Source of the DNA: an uncultured cyanobacterium
GTDB lineage: Bacteria; Cyanobacteriota; Cyanobacteriia; CAKZMO01
DNA length: 64,000 bases
Assembly: GCA_963719515.1 (NCBI GenBank)
Contig: CAVRCJ010000015.1
Span: forward strand, 1-64,000
Reading direction: 5' to 3'
The position numbers and the translations under genes are program-made. Position 1 is the stretch's first letter. Each line of letters opens with the position of its first letter. The notes below the pieces were generated by a model that searched no databases, was not told the DNA's origin, and worked only from the letters and a program-made list of their open reading frames with translations. Shown in pieces: positions 1 to 9,351 of this stretch.

Positions 1-34
1 TTTACCAAAAATCATGGGTCTAAAGCCCCGTCCT

Positions 35-175
35 TCAGGACGGCTTCTCTAAATGTAGGCGATCTATCCAATCCTCTACCAGTTGAGTCATGGTCTTGTC
101 CCTCTCTTTTGCAATCGCCCTAAGCTTTTGCAATCTTTTAATAGAGACTCTTAAATTAAGCTGTCCTTTTGCCAT
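35..175 (-). CDS. 46-aa ribbon-helix-helix (CopG/Arc-like) protein, not in the ORF track
   Basis: Hand translation MAKGQLNLRVSIKRLQKLRAIAKERDKTMTQLVEDWIDRLHLEKPS*; beta-alpha-alpha RHH pattern; lies inside the IS ends. Confidence 0.75.
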   Translation of the reverse strand: MAKGQLNLRVSIKRLQKLRAIAKERDKTMTQLVEDWIDRLHLEKPS

Positions 176-218
176 ACTGCCTACACAATGCCTACGCATC
201 TATGCTAACATAAACAGT

Positions 219-1343
219 ATGAGAACATTGAAGTTTAAGATATACGAGCACAAGCGGAACCGGCACCTAAAGCGCACTATTAATGCTGCTGGGGTGATTT
301 GGAACCACTGCATTGCTCTCCACAAACGGTACTACCGTATGTGGGGCAAACACCTCAATTGCTCTAAACTTCAGTCTCATATTGCCAAGCTACGGAGGCG
401 CAATCCGTTTTGGCAGTTGGTGGGGTCTCAGGCTGTGCAGGACATCTGCCAGCGAATTGAAAAGGCATACCAGCTGTTCTTTAAGCATCACGGCAAAGGC
501 TATAGGCCGCCTAGCTTTCAGAAGGTAAGGCGATACAAGTCGTTCACCCTAAAACAGGCGGGATACAAGCTGCTCAATGGTGGTCGTATCAAGATAGGTA
601 GCAGGGTCTACCAGTATTGGAATTCAAGGGAGATAGAGGGCAAGGTTAAGACCGTCACGGTGAAGCGATCGCCTTTGGGTGAGCTGTTTTTAGCCGTTGT
701 GGTGGACCAGGAAGCTGAACCAGTTCAAGGCATCGAGACGGGTAAAACCGCTGGTGCTGATTTTGGACTGAAGACGTTTCTCACTTTGTCAGATGGTACT
801 CAAATCGAGTCTCCTGAATTCCTGAAAGCATCGCTCAAAGACCTTTGCCGAGCTAGCCGCAACCTATCGCGCAAGCGAAAAAAGTCGGCAAACTGGCACA
901 GGGCAAGACTAAATCTAGCTCGCTGCCATGAGGCCATAGCCAATAGGCGACGAGATTGGTTTTGGAAGCTTGCCCACCGGCTAACCGATACCTACGATGC
1001 GCTCTACTTTGAGACGCTGAACCTGAAAGGGATGCAGCGGCTATGGGGCCGGAAGATATCGGACCTAGCCCTAGCTGAATTTCTCGAAATCCTTCAGTGG
1101 GTGGCAAAGAAAAAAGGCAAGACCGTAGCATTCATCGACCAGTGGTATCCCAGCTCTAAAACTTGTAGCTGTTGTGGGCACGTACTGAAGGAGTTAGATC
1201 TAAAACAACGGCAGTGGGATTGCCCTATTTGCAACGAACATCACGATCGAGACTTGAATGCTGCAATAAACATTCAACGGGTTGGGGCGTCAACCCGTGG
1301 GCTAGGCGATGTCAGACAGGCTCAGCCTGCGATCGCTGCTTGA
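219..1343 (+). CDS. tnpB: RNA-guided endonuclease TnpB
   Basis: N-terminal MRTLKFKIY; RuvC motifs GADFG, FETLN, DRDLNAAINI; zinc finger CSCC/CPIC; ATG 219 preferred over 90. Confidence 0.95.
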   Translation: MRTLKFKIYEHKRNRHLKRTINAAGVIWNHCIALHKRYYRMWGKHLNCSKLQSHIAKLRRRNPFWQLVGSQAVQDICQRIEKAYQLFFKHHGKGYRPPSFQKVRRYKSFTLKQAGYKLLNGGRIKIGSRVYQYWNSREIEGKVKTVTVKRSPLGELFLAVVVDQEAEPVQGIETGKTAGADFGLKTFLTLSDGTQIESPEFLKASLKDLCRASRNLSRKRKKSANWHRARLNLARCHEAIANRRRDWFWKLAHRLTDTYDALYFETLNLKGMQRLWGRKISDLALAEFLEILQWVAKKKGKTVAFIDQWYPSSKTCSCCGHVLKELDLKQRQWDCPICNEHHDRDLNAAINIQRVGASTRGLGDVRQAQPAIAA

Positions 1344-1382
1344 TTCCAGAATCCCCGCTCTTCAGGGCGGGGAGTACGTCAA

Positions 1383-1746
1383 CTACTCGCAATATTGAGA
1401 ATGTGGTAGTCGGCAAGCTGTTTCAGAAGATGATAGGCGAGATCTCCCCAGAGCGGGAGCAGCTTGCCATCCAGATGAACTTGCCCAACAAAAATTTCAA
1501 CGTCGAAGCGCTGCTTGCTGCAGGCGGTGCTATGGCCAGCACCGTGCTAAGCAGTTTTACCAGTGCTCTAGGCATTACGTTGCCCTTCGCCGCCTACATC
1601 GGTATGAGTCAGGCGATCGCCCTGGTCCATTGGTCCTGTGGGATGGGTCGCGCTAGCTGGGGGATTGCTCCACTCACTGAATCAGACGGACTGGCAGCGG
1701 CTTACAGCGGCAGTGGTTTATGTAGCTGCGAGTCGTAACGAATAGA
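1383..1746 (+). pseudogene. 3' fragment of a membrane-associated protein (YaaW/DUF3944-like), frameshifted
   Basis: LGITLPFAAYIGMSQAIALV continues in another frame as IGPVGWVALAG; no start codon; abuts the IS right end. Confidence 0.45.
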
Positions 1747-1783
1747 ATGATAAAAACACGACTTCAGCAGCGCCAGGTGAATC

Positions 1784-2395
1784 ATGACAGCGCAAGCGCC
1801 TCGTCAACTCAAACCGCTCTCGCTCCAGATCCCCAGCGAAATTGAGCTAAGCGTCACCTCAGAACAATTTGCGGCCCTAGCTGCGGCAAACCCAGACCTC
1901 AGACTTGAACGGAGCAAGAGAGGAGAACTGACTGTGAGCCCACCCACGGGAGGCGAATCCGGTAAGCGGAATCTGAGTATCAGCACTCAGCTTGGTCTCT
2001 GGTTTGAAGCGAACGATGCGCTCGGGGAAGCCTTTGACTCATCGACTGGGTTTAAGCTACCCGATGGCGCTAACCGTTCTCCTGATGCCGCTTGGGTCTG
2101 CAAAAAACGCTGGGAGGCTCTAACGCCTGAGCAGCGGGAAGGTTTTGTTCCGCTATGCCCTGACTTTGTGGTTGAGCTGCGCTCTAAGACAGATAGCCTC
2201 AAGACGCTGCGTGACAAGATGGAAGAGTATAGGGCAAACGGCGCGCGGTTGGGCTGGCTGATTGATCCTCAAAATAAGCGGGTGGAGATTTACCGGCAGA
2301 GACAGGCGGTTGAGATTTTAGAAAATCCGAGTAGCTTGTCAGGAGAAGCGGTTTTGCCAGAGTTCACGCTCAGCTTAAAACGGATATTGAATTGA
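1784..2395 (+). CDS. Uma2 family endonuclease (DUF820)
   Basis: PPTGGESG, FDSSTGF, RSPDAAW, PLCPDFVVELRS, LGWLIDP motifs. Confidence 0.93.
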   Translation: MTAQAPRQLKPLSLQIPSEIELSVTSEQFAALAAANPDLRLERSKRGELTVSPPTGGESGKRNLSISTQLGLWFEANDALGEAFDSSTGFKLPDGANRSPDAAWVCKKRWEALTPEQREGFVPLCPDFVVELRSKTDSLKTLRDKMEEYRANGARLGWLIDPQNKRVEIYRQRQAVEILENPSSLSGEAVLPEFTLSLKRILN

Positions 2396-2415
2396 GCGAT
2401 CAAAATCCATTGAAT

Positions 2416-3840
2416 ATGTCAGACCCACTACAGATCGGCGACCTGAGCCAAAGAGTCGTTCGGGCAAATGATAAGCCTTTGGCTGAGGGGGACTATGTTT
2501 TGGTGGTGCTGCACCGGGCGCTGCGGTGGTCAGATAATCCGGTCCTTGAAGGGGCGATCGCCCAGTCCCATGCCCTGGGTCTCGGCGTTCTGGTTTATAG
2601 CGAACTGGATGAAGCCAACCCCCACGCGTCTGACCGTTTGTTTTACTTTGCGCTAGGAGCCCTACGGACGCTTGCTGCTGATCTAGCCCGCGCTGGCATT
2701 CTCTGCATTCAGGCGATTCGCCACGCTGAGGAGAGTGCCCCCTTGAACGCCCTGATTGCCGCAGCCGCAGCAGTCTACACCGACGAAGATCCGACCCACT
2801 GGGATAAAGCAAGGCTCCAGCGAATCCTTGACGTTGCGAGGCAAGCTGTCTTTTTCGTCGACGCCTCCCGCCTGGTTCCGGTGCGCCAGTTGCCTGAGGG
2901 CCTAAAAACTACGCCGACCTTTCGCAAAGCCCATAGCCCGCTTCGGGAGCAGTACGCCGCCCTGAGAAAAGATACCGCGAAGGAGATTGCCGAGCTGACG
3001 CCTAAGGTGGCGCAGGTAGCGATCGCCGTAGAAAGCCCGCTGCAAAACTTCGCCAACTGCACAGATGATGAGCTGGCCGCGATCGCCGCCAAATGTCAGA
3101 TCGACCATACCATCGCGATTTCTCAAGAGCATCCCCCCACCCAAGCCGCGATCGATAGCCGCTTGGCGACGCTAAAGACAGACATCCTGGCCCGCTACAA
3201 GTGGATTCGCAATAACCCGGCCCTGGAGTACTCCACCTCCGAGCTCTCCCCCTATCTGCACTTTGGCATGCTGAGCCCTGGCCAGCTTTTTGAGGCGATC
3301 GCCGCTGCCGACGTGCCTAAAAGCTACACCTGGAAATTTAGAGACGAATGCCTCACCTGGCGGGAATGGTCTCACTACAGGGCGTTTCATGTCCCTAACC
3401 TGCATGAGTTCGCGTCTTTGCCCCAAAAGGTTCAGCAGACGTTGCTAGACCACACCGACGATCCGCGCCCTGAGCAGGCGTCGCCTGAGGCTATTTTGCA
3501 GGGCCGCACCGCTGACCCTACCTGGAATGCCGCGCAAAGGGAATGGCTGCGCACCGGCTGGCTGCACAACAATTTGCGGATGTACTGGGCCAAACAAATT
3601 CTTCGCTTTACGGCGTCTCCCCAAGCCGCTTGGGAAACGGCCTGCTACTTAAACGACCACCTTTCCTTGGATGGCCGGGACCCGGCGACCTATGCCTCGA
3701 TGCAGTGGGCCTTTGGGGATGCGAAGCGAGGCTATAGTGAGCGTCCGATCTATGGCTGGGTGGCACCGAAGTCTGACCGGGCTATCCTAAAGCGCCAGGG
3801 CATGCCTGAGTGGATCGAGGCAAGAGGCGATCGCGGGTGA
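2416..3840 (+). CDS. Deoxyribodipyrimidine photolyase, class II-like
   Basis: ALRWSDNP, TSELSPYLHFG, TADPTWNAAQ, HNNLRMYWAKQIL, LSLDGRDP; alternative TTG start at 2392. Confidence 0.85.
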   Translation: MSDPLQIGDLSQRVVRANDKPLAEGDYVLVVLHRALRWSDNPVLEGAIAQSHALGLGVLVYSELDEANPHASDRLFYFALGALRTLAADLARAGILCIQAIRHAEESAPLNALIAAAAAVYTDEDPTHWDKARLQRILDVARQAVFFVDASRLVPVRQLPEGLKTTPTFRKAHSPLREQYAALRKDTAKEIAELTPKVAQVAIAVESPLQNFANCTDDELAAIAAKCQIDHTIAISQEHPPTQAAIDSRLATLKTDILARYKWIRNNPALEYSTSELSPYLHFGMLSPGQLFEAIAAADVPKSYTWKFRDECLTWREWSHYRAFHVPNLHEFASLPQKVQQTLLDHTDDPRPEQASPEAILQGRTADPTWNAAQREWLRTGWLHNNLRMYWAKQILRFTASPQAAWETACYLNDHLSLDGRDPATYASMQWAFGDAKRGYSERPIYGWVAPKSDRAILKRQGMPEWIEARGDRG

Positions 3841-3964
3841 CGGTGATGCGCTGGGCACTTGCGCTTATTGCTCCTGATTATGCACGGAGGATTCTAGAGT
3901 AGGAGAGTCGGCGACTGCAGCGATCTACGTGATTAGTGCAGCCTCTTTGAAGGACTCTTCACTC

Positions 3965-4339
3965 ATGACCAACAAGTTTCGCACACCTGGGTATGATCCA
4001 ATCCGAAAGCTGAAGGTAATCTTATCGGGTCTTTATGTTGCAGTGGCAACTGACTTTAGCGTTGCTTATAAAGTGGTTTTGTCAGTGCCTATTTTAGGCG
4101 GCGCTTTCTTCTTGCGGCAATGGATAGATGTCAGCCTGATATTGTTGGCGATGGGGTTGATGCTGATTTCTGAATTGTTTAACAGCGCGATCGAAGTCCT
4201 GTGTGATTTTGTGGAACCTCAACGAAATGAGCGTATCCGCATTACTAAGGATATTGCTGCGGCAGCGGTTGGTCTCAGTATTTTGGTATGGGCAACAATA
4301 TTAGTCGTTGAAAGCATCCGTCTTTTTCAGCTTCGATAA
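3965..4339 (+). CDS. dgkA: Diacylglycerol kinase family protein
   Basis: SELFNSAIEVLCD and KDIAAAAV motifs; three hydrophobic helices. Confidence 0.85.
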   Translation: MTNKFRTPGYDPIRKLKVILSGLYVAVATDFSVAYKVVLSVPILGGAFFLRQWIDVSLILLAMGLMLISELFNSAIEVLCDFVEPQRNERIRITKDIAAAAVGLSILVWATILVVESIRLFQLR

Positions 4340-4492
4340 GCAGAATGGCTTAGAGATTTAATCGGCTATAGAGCGCGATCGCAGGTTGTGGGTTTAGCTT
4401 GAGCGTTTTTTAGTTTAGCTCAAGCATTTCTTCGTTTCGCTCAATGGTCCTGAGGCTGCTGGGGCGATCGCTGTTGAGGGTGGTCGCTATGG

Positions 4493-4756
4493 TCAGGGGC
4501 TTGATGGGATGTGGCTTTTGCTGGAGGGGGGCTTTGCTGCGCTTGTGGCGGAGTGGGGCAGGGCGCAGTCTGCGGTGCTGGTGCGGGCTGGGTCGAAGAG
4601 GATGATGAAGTGGGCTTGGGGGATAAGCCGTTTGAGGGTGCGCATGTGGGCTTCGGCGTCGTTGCGTTTGCGGAGGCGGGCAACGGTGATGCGTTGGGCT
4701 TTGGGGAGTAGGCGGATGATGCACCAGGGATGGAGTTGAGTTCGGTAGTGCGACAT
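4493..4756 (-). CDS. Small conserved cyanobacterial hypothetical protein
   Basis: LHPWCIIRLLP...VARLRKRNDAEAH pattern recalled from cyanobacterial accessory regions. Confidence 0.6.
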   Translation of the reverse strand: MSHYRTQLHPWCIIRLLPKAQRITVARLRKRNDAEAHMRTLKRLIPQAHFIILFDPARTSTADCALPHSATSAAKPPSSKSHIPSSP

Positions 4757-4925
4757 GAGGAATCAGGGCGATCGCTCTGCTGCGATCGCGATAGAGAACT
4801 TGTAGACCGGTCCATCTGAAAAGAGATTAGCACAGTATTTGCATACAATAATATGCTGATTTTATGCGAATAGGGATTTGTAGCCAGCGCAAAGCTAAGA
4901 TGCGAGGAGATGTATGCATCAACAA

Positions 4926-5108
4926 ATGAGCAAGCGAACGACTATCACTCTGCCTGATTCGGTGTTTGAGGAGCTGGAGGACTGGGCTGACCAGCAAGGA
5001 CGGCCAACGGCTAATCTGGCGTCTTTTTTGGTGGAGCTGGGGATTCGGCAGGCAAAGGAGAGTCAGGAGTATGTGCCAAGCTCCGGGCGAAAGCGCGGCG
5101 ATCGGTGA
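4926..5108 (+). CDS. CopG/RHH DNA-binding protein
   Basis: MSKRTTITLPDSVFEELEDWADQQGRPTANLASFLVE; alternative start 4914. Confidence 0.8.
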   Translation: MSKRTTITLPDSVFEELEDWADQQGRPTANLASFLVELGIRQAKESQEYVPSSGRKRGDR

Positions 5109-5132
5109 CGGACAAGGCTAGGCTCTTGGACT

Positions 5133-5330
5133 ATGGCAGGCAAGAAGGAGTTTCGTGGGTATATCCCTGATGAGCTGAGTCGCTTGGTGAGAGCTTTATC
5201 GGCGCTTAAGAATGGAGGGCGCGATTGGAGCTTGAGCGATGTGCTGACGGAGGCGCTGTAGGATTGGGTGAGTAAGCCGGAGAATCAGGCGCTTATTGAG
5301 AAGCATAATCTTCAGGATTTGCGGCCTTGA
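5133..5330 (+). pseudogene. RHH-like small protein with an internal TAG
   Basis: MAGKKEFRGYIPDELSRLVRALSALKNGGRDWSLSDVLTEAL*DWVSKPENQALIEKHNL; in-frame TAG at 5259-5261. Confidence 0.65.
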
Positions 5331-5354
5331 TACTGTGTGCGGCCTGATTGAGGT

Positions 5355-5489
5355 ATGGGAAAAGCTGGGAAAGCATTGCGGCAGGTGTTGGAGGATTGCA
5401 GCATTAGCCAGAACCGGGTTGCTGTGGAGATGGGGATTGGGCGATCGAATGTGTACCGCTGGGTGAATGAGGTGCGGGAGGTATCGTAG
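5355..5489 (+). pseudogene. Truncated XRE-family HTH regulator
   Basis: GAGG RBS; MGKAGKALRQVLEDCSISQNRVAVEMGIGRSNVYRWVNEVRE, stopping where the AT-rich DNA begins. Confidence 0.65.
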
Positions 5490-5550
5490 ATAGAGTGATG
5501 AAGAATTGAGATAAGAACTTCACGTATAAAGCACATGCCAATGTAATCTC

Positions 5551-7293
5551 GTGATAACTACATTAACTCTGAGAAATTTTAAGAGTATTGAGGAACAAAC
5601 TTATGAGTTCGCTCAATTTGATCTTCTGGTAGGTCGTAATAACAGTGGTAAAAGCACTATCCTACAAGCTTTGGCTATTTGGCAGTTCTGTGTTGACGAA
5701 TTTCGCCGAGTTAATCGTCAAGGCAAAACTGGTACGCAGGTTATTCTTCCTAATTTTACAGCTCTTCCCGTGCCGGAATTTAACCTTCTTTGGAAAGAGA
5801 AAACCGACCGCCGATATCCAACAGTCAATGGGTCTAGAAAGCAGGAATTTATTTTAGTAGAAATTGACGTGGCTTGGATATCGGAGACTCCTGAACCTAA
5901 GCGGTGCTCATTTGGAGTAAGGCTACGTTATAGTTCTCCTCAAACAATATATGCTATTCCTTCAGAGGGATGGAAGCATTTTCGAGGACTGGCAGGAAAA
6001 GCAGATCAGTCAGACTCCCTTTTACCCGTGATTGCTTATGTTCCACCATTCTCCGGGCTAGAACCTAGCGAAGAATGGCGAGATGATGGACCTCTACGGA
6101 AGCAGGTTGGTAAAGCACAACCAGGAAGCGTGCTGAGAAATCTTCTACTTCGAGTTTGGGAGGAAAATCGAGAAGACTGGTCTGAACTTCAACGAATTAT
6201 TAAGCAGTGGTTTAGCGTTGATTTAAGAGAACCTCAATATGAGAGAGGAGTCGATACACAGATAGTTTGCGAATACAGACAAGGAGAAAAGCATTATGAC
6301 ATCATCTCTGGAGGAAGCGGGTTTCATCAAACGTTAACTCTTTTAGCATTCTTCTATGGATACAAACCTACCACTATCTTACTTGACGAGCCTGATGCAC
6401 ATCTCCATGTCAATTTGCAGCGAGAAATTTTAGACTACTTTAAAAATCAGAAAGCGCTTCAGAGAAATACTCAGTTCTTAATAGCAACGCATTCTGAAGA
6501 GTTTATTCAGGGTGTTGACGTTCGTCAAATTATTTCGTTGCTTGATAAAGAGCCTAAACGTGTAGAAGCAACCCCAGCTATTTTAACTGCAATGGCTGAT
6601 GTTTCCAATTTGGAGATTACTCAGCTTTCAGAGCTTTCTGTCCCTATACTCGTATATGTCGAAGGAGAGACTGATGAGCGCCTCTTACGAGGCTGGTCTA
6701 GTTCTTTAGACATGCAGAATATATTAAATCAAGTTTGCTTTCGAGTTATGAGCGGTGGTTCTAAAGATAAGATGAAGGCAGATAGCGATCGCCATTTTGA
6801 GGGGCTAAAGCAAATTATTCCTTTCGTGAAGCGGATTGTATTATTCGATTTTGACGAGGAGTCAACGTACCATCCGGAGACAGATAATCCGGTATTGTAT
6901 GAGTGGAAGCGTAAAAATATTGAAAATTATTTGCTTGTTTCAGACGCTTGGATAAAAGCGGCTTTTGCGAAAGTTGGCATCAATAAAAATGCTTATTCGT
7001 CTTCAATTAAAGAGCTGGTTGAGAGTTTCTTCGCTAGCGAGAATCTTACGCTTCCGCCAGGCCAGTCTTGGAGAAATGTTAAGGCAAATATTTTTCAAGT
7101 CGTAAACGGCAAAAAGCTATTGTTCGAAAATCCAGACTCCCTTTTTCAGCGCCTCAAATCTCATGAGCTTTCGATTCAGTCAGCCTCTGCGCTGGAGCTC
7201 ACACGCGAAATAGTTGCAGCAAGCATGACCGAAGATGAAATTCATGAAGATGTTCATCAGTTTTTCAGCAAATTAAGGAAACTTTTAGCTTGA
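5551..7293 (+). CDS. ABC-type ATPase with C-terminal TOPRIM-like domain (OLD-like nuclease)
   Basis: Walker A GRNNSGKS, signature SGGSG, Walker B LLDEPDAHLH, H-loop ATHS, TOPRIM YVEGETD and DxD (FDFDE), RKNIENYLL; AT-rich. Confidence 0.8.
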   Translation: MITTLTLRNFKSIEEQTYEFAQFDLLVGRNNSGKSTILQALAIWQFCVDEFRRVNRQGKTGTQVILPNFTALPVPEFNLLWKEKTDRRYPTVNGSRKQEFILVEIDVAWISETPEPKRCSFGVRLRYSSPQTIYAIPSEGWKHFRGLAGKADQSDSLLPVIAYVPPFSGLEPSEEWRDDGPLRKQVGKAQPGSVLRNLLLRVWEENREDWSELQRIIKQWFSVDLREPQYERGVDTQIVCEYRQGEKHYDIISGGSGFHQTLTLLAFFYGYKPTTILLDEPDAHLHVNLQREILDYFKNQKALQRNTQFLIATHSEEFIQGVDVRQIISLLDKEPKRVEATPAILTAMADVSNLEITQLSELSVPILVYVEGETDERLLRGWSSSLDMQNILNQVCFRVMSGGSKDKMKADSDRHFEGLKQIIPFVKRIVLFDFDEESTYHPETDNPVLYEWKRKNIENYLLVSDAWIKAAFAKVGINKNAYSSSIKELVESFFASENLTLPPGQSWRNVKANIFQVVNGKKLLFENPDSLFQRLKSHELSIQSASALELTREIVAASMTEDEIHEDVHQFFSKLRKLLA

Positions 7294-7879
7294 GCTGAAA
7301 TCAGCTGTCCTGCCCAAAATATTTAGACTTGAGCGATCGCCTCTCACCACAAGCTACCAGCTCATTGCTGTAATCATCACAGCGGTATCGTGAGCGATCG
7401 TAGAGATAGAAGCTATCATCTGGGCATTGCAGCGTTTTTACGAGCGTGAGGAAGACAAATTCTTTGCGCCACTTGCCCAAAAGTACCGGCTGATTATGGA
7501 TTTGGACGATACGCGCAATAAACCGTACGGAGAGTGGTATAGCGATCGTAATCCACTGACTCTAGAAAAGCTAAGAGGGGCTAGGTCTAAGTAGGGCTAC
7601 TACCCAGACACACGGCATGAAGCCGACGTTCGCCCCTCTACATCTTAGTATACACTGAATCAGCGTTATCACAAGAAAGCCTATCATCGTAGCATATTTA
7701 TATTTCGATTTGAGAAATCACTTCAAAATCCAATTTGCAAAGCTGAGACGAGCAATGGCTTTAAGACAAAACGTAGCTTCAATAAACAATGGCGTGCTCT
7801 CTCTCAGCGCCACACATCGGCAATAAAGAGGAGAATATATCGCGAGCACGGTATCCCCCTCACCATGGAGCGAGACAGC

Positions 7880-8507
7880 TCAACCACTCTCCGCCATCCA
7901 AATCAAAAATCCCAAAATCTGCTCCACAGGCGGCAGCGGATAATCCGTCAGATCAACACTAACACAGCTCCCCTCCAGCTTCAAAAACCGCCACACCGTC
8001 CCACTCGTCACTGTGCCGTAAATCGTCGTAATCGGCTGCTGCTGCTGTAGATTAAACCGCTGCGCTGCCACCATCTCCGCAATCCACTGCCCCAGCGCCG
8101 GTTTCAAATCCTCCTTCTTCGCCTCCACCAAAGTCACTACTGGCGCTTTAATAAACAACTGCTCTGGCGAGCGGCTGATTAAAAAATCAACACACCCCAC
8201 CAGGTCAGCCTCCGGCTCCACATTAAATTCCTCCCCAGAAAAGACGCTGATGCGCCCGCCCATCTGGCGCTTGACCTCCAGCAAAACCGGATTAATAATT
8301 CCCTCAGACCGGGCTTTTTCGCTACTTACGGCTATGGCCCAGGGCACCGTTTCCTTCAGCGTTTCCCTTAGTAAGGCCGATGGCTCTACAGGCGGGATCT
8401 CTGGCAAAAAGCGTTCGCGAAGCGGGGGCGAAGCCTCTATCGCCCTCGACAATGGAGAGCTGGAAAGCATCCACCGCTTAGCTTAGCTCAAAGCTACTGT
8501 ACGTCAT
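7880..8507 (-). pseudogene. Cyanobacterial restriction-endonuclease-fold protein, disrupted
   Basis: SEKARSEGII, VDFLIS, LVEAKKE, QWIAEMVAA motifs; ATG 8507, premature TAA 8480-8478, 25-bp frameshifting insertion 8414-8438. Confidence 0.75.
8414..8438. repeat. 25-bp small dispersed repeat (SDR5-like) inserted in a HIP1 site
   Basis: GCG[TTCGCGAAGCGGGGGCGAAGCCTCT]ATCGC; removing it restores GCGATCGC and the reading frame. Confidence 0.8.
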
Positions 8508-8662
8508 AGCAACCTGGCGATGGGAATCTGTGAGCGCTCCTAACTATTGCATTTCCGCAAAGGCATTGCGCGCGATCGCCTATGCGAGAGCGAAGCACTT
8601 ATCGCACTCACCTACCACGACTGCTAGACTCTATGTACGATCTCCAGTAGAGATAAACCACT

Positions 8663-8860
8663 GTGGCTTCTGTAACCATCACCCTCTCAGACCACCAGCT
8701 CCAGAAACTGCAAAGCCTAGCGAGTTTGTATGGTATTGGAGTCGAGACACTGCTTCAATCCAGTCTGGATACCTGGCTAGATTCTCAAAACGAGGATTTT
8801 ACTAGTGCCGCTGACCACGTACTAACAAAGAATGCTGAGCTATACAAGCGTCTGGCCTGA
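8663..8860 (+). CDS. Putative antitoxin (small DNA-binding protein)
   Basis: 65 aa ending VLTKNAELYKRLA; TGATG overlap with the Doc toxin gene. Confidence 0.8.
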   Translation: MASVTITLSDHQLQKLQSLASLYGIGVETLLQSSLDTWLDSQNEDFTSAADHVLTKNAELYKRLA

Positions 8861-9246
8861 TGCGTTACTTAACGCTAGTTGAGGTCCTAGAGCTGCATCG
8901 GAGAATTATTGAGAAATCAGGTGGGGCAACAGGAATTCGGAATTTTGGTCTCTTAGAATCGGCCATCGCTCAGCCGCGAATGACGTTTGGAGGAAAAGAA
9001 CTCTATTCCAGCCTGATCGGAAAATCAGCAGCGTTGGGATTCTCCATCATCATGAATCACCCCTTTATAGATGGAAATAAGCGTACTGGACACGCCGCCG
9101 CAGAAACGCTCTTGGTCTTGAATGGAATGAAAATAGCGGCTTCTGTCGATGAACAAGAGCGTATTGTCCTATCCGTAGCATCTGGGCAAATGGGACGAGA
9201 AGCCTTTGCAGACTGGCTAAATTTGCATGCGATCGCCATTGAATAG
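8860..9246 (+). CDS. doc: Doc/Fic family toxin
   Basis: HPFIDGNKRTG Fic motif; GIRNFGLLESAIAQP. Confidence 0.9.
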   Translation: MRYLTLVEVLELHRRIIEKSGGATGIRNFGLLESAIAQPRMTFGGKELYSSLIGKSAALGFSIIMNHPFIDGNKRTGHAAAETLLVLNGMKIAASVDEQERIVLSVASGQMGREAFADWLNLHAIAIE

Positions 9247-9351
9247 AAGCATCAGACTGTACTGCCGCAGAGGCCCTGCGAGCAAAGGGCAATAGTTTCC
9301 AGTGTCGCTCCCGTCTTCGCTAAACTGTCTACATCAGCCATAGGCAACGCT

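Larger units (their letters stand above)
6..1382 (+). mobile_element. IS200/IS605-family (IS1341-like, no tnpA) element 1: RHH gene plus tnpB
   Basis: Left hairpin CCGTCC-TTCA-GGACGG near 28-43 after TTTAC|CAAAAA; right hairpin CCCCGCTC-TTCA-GGGCGGGG ending ...GTCAA at 1382. Confidence 0.85.

Noticed and set aside
5259..5261. Stop-codon readthrough or recoding in the small RHH gene
   Set aside because: TAG terminates many normal genes here and neighbouring genes are also decayed; a nonsense mutation is simpler.
5551..7860. Retron or Gabija system around the ATPase-TOPRIM gene
   Set aside because: No reverse transcriptase, msr-msd or UvrD-like helicase nearby.
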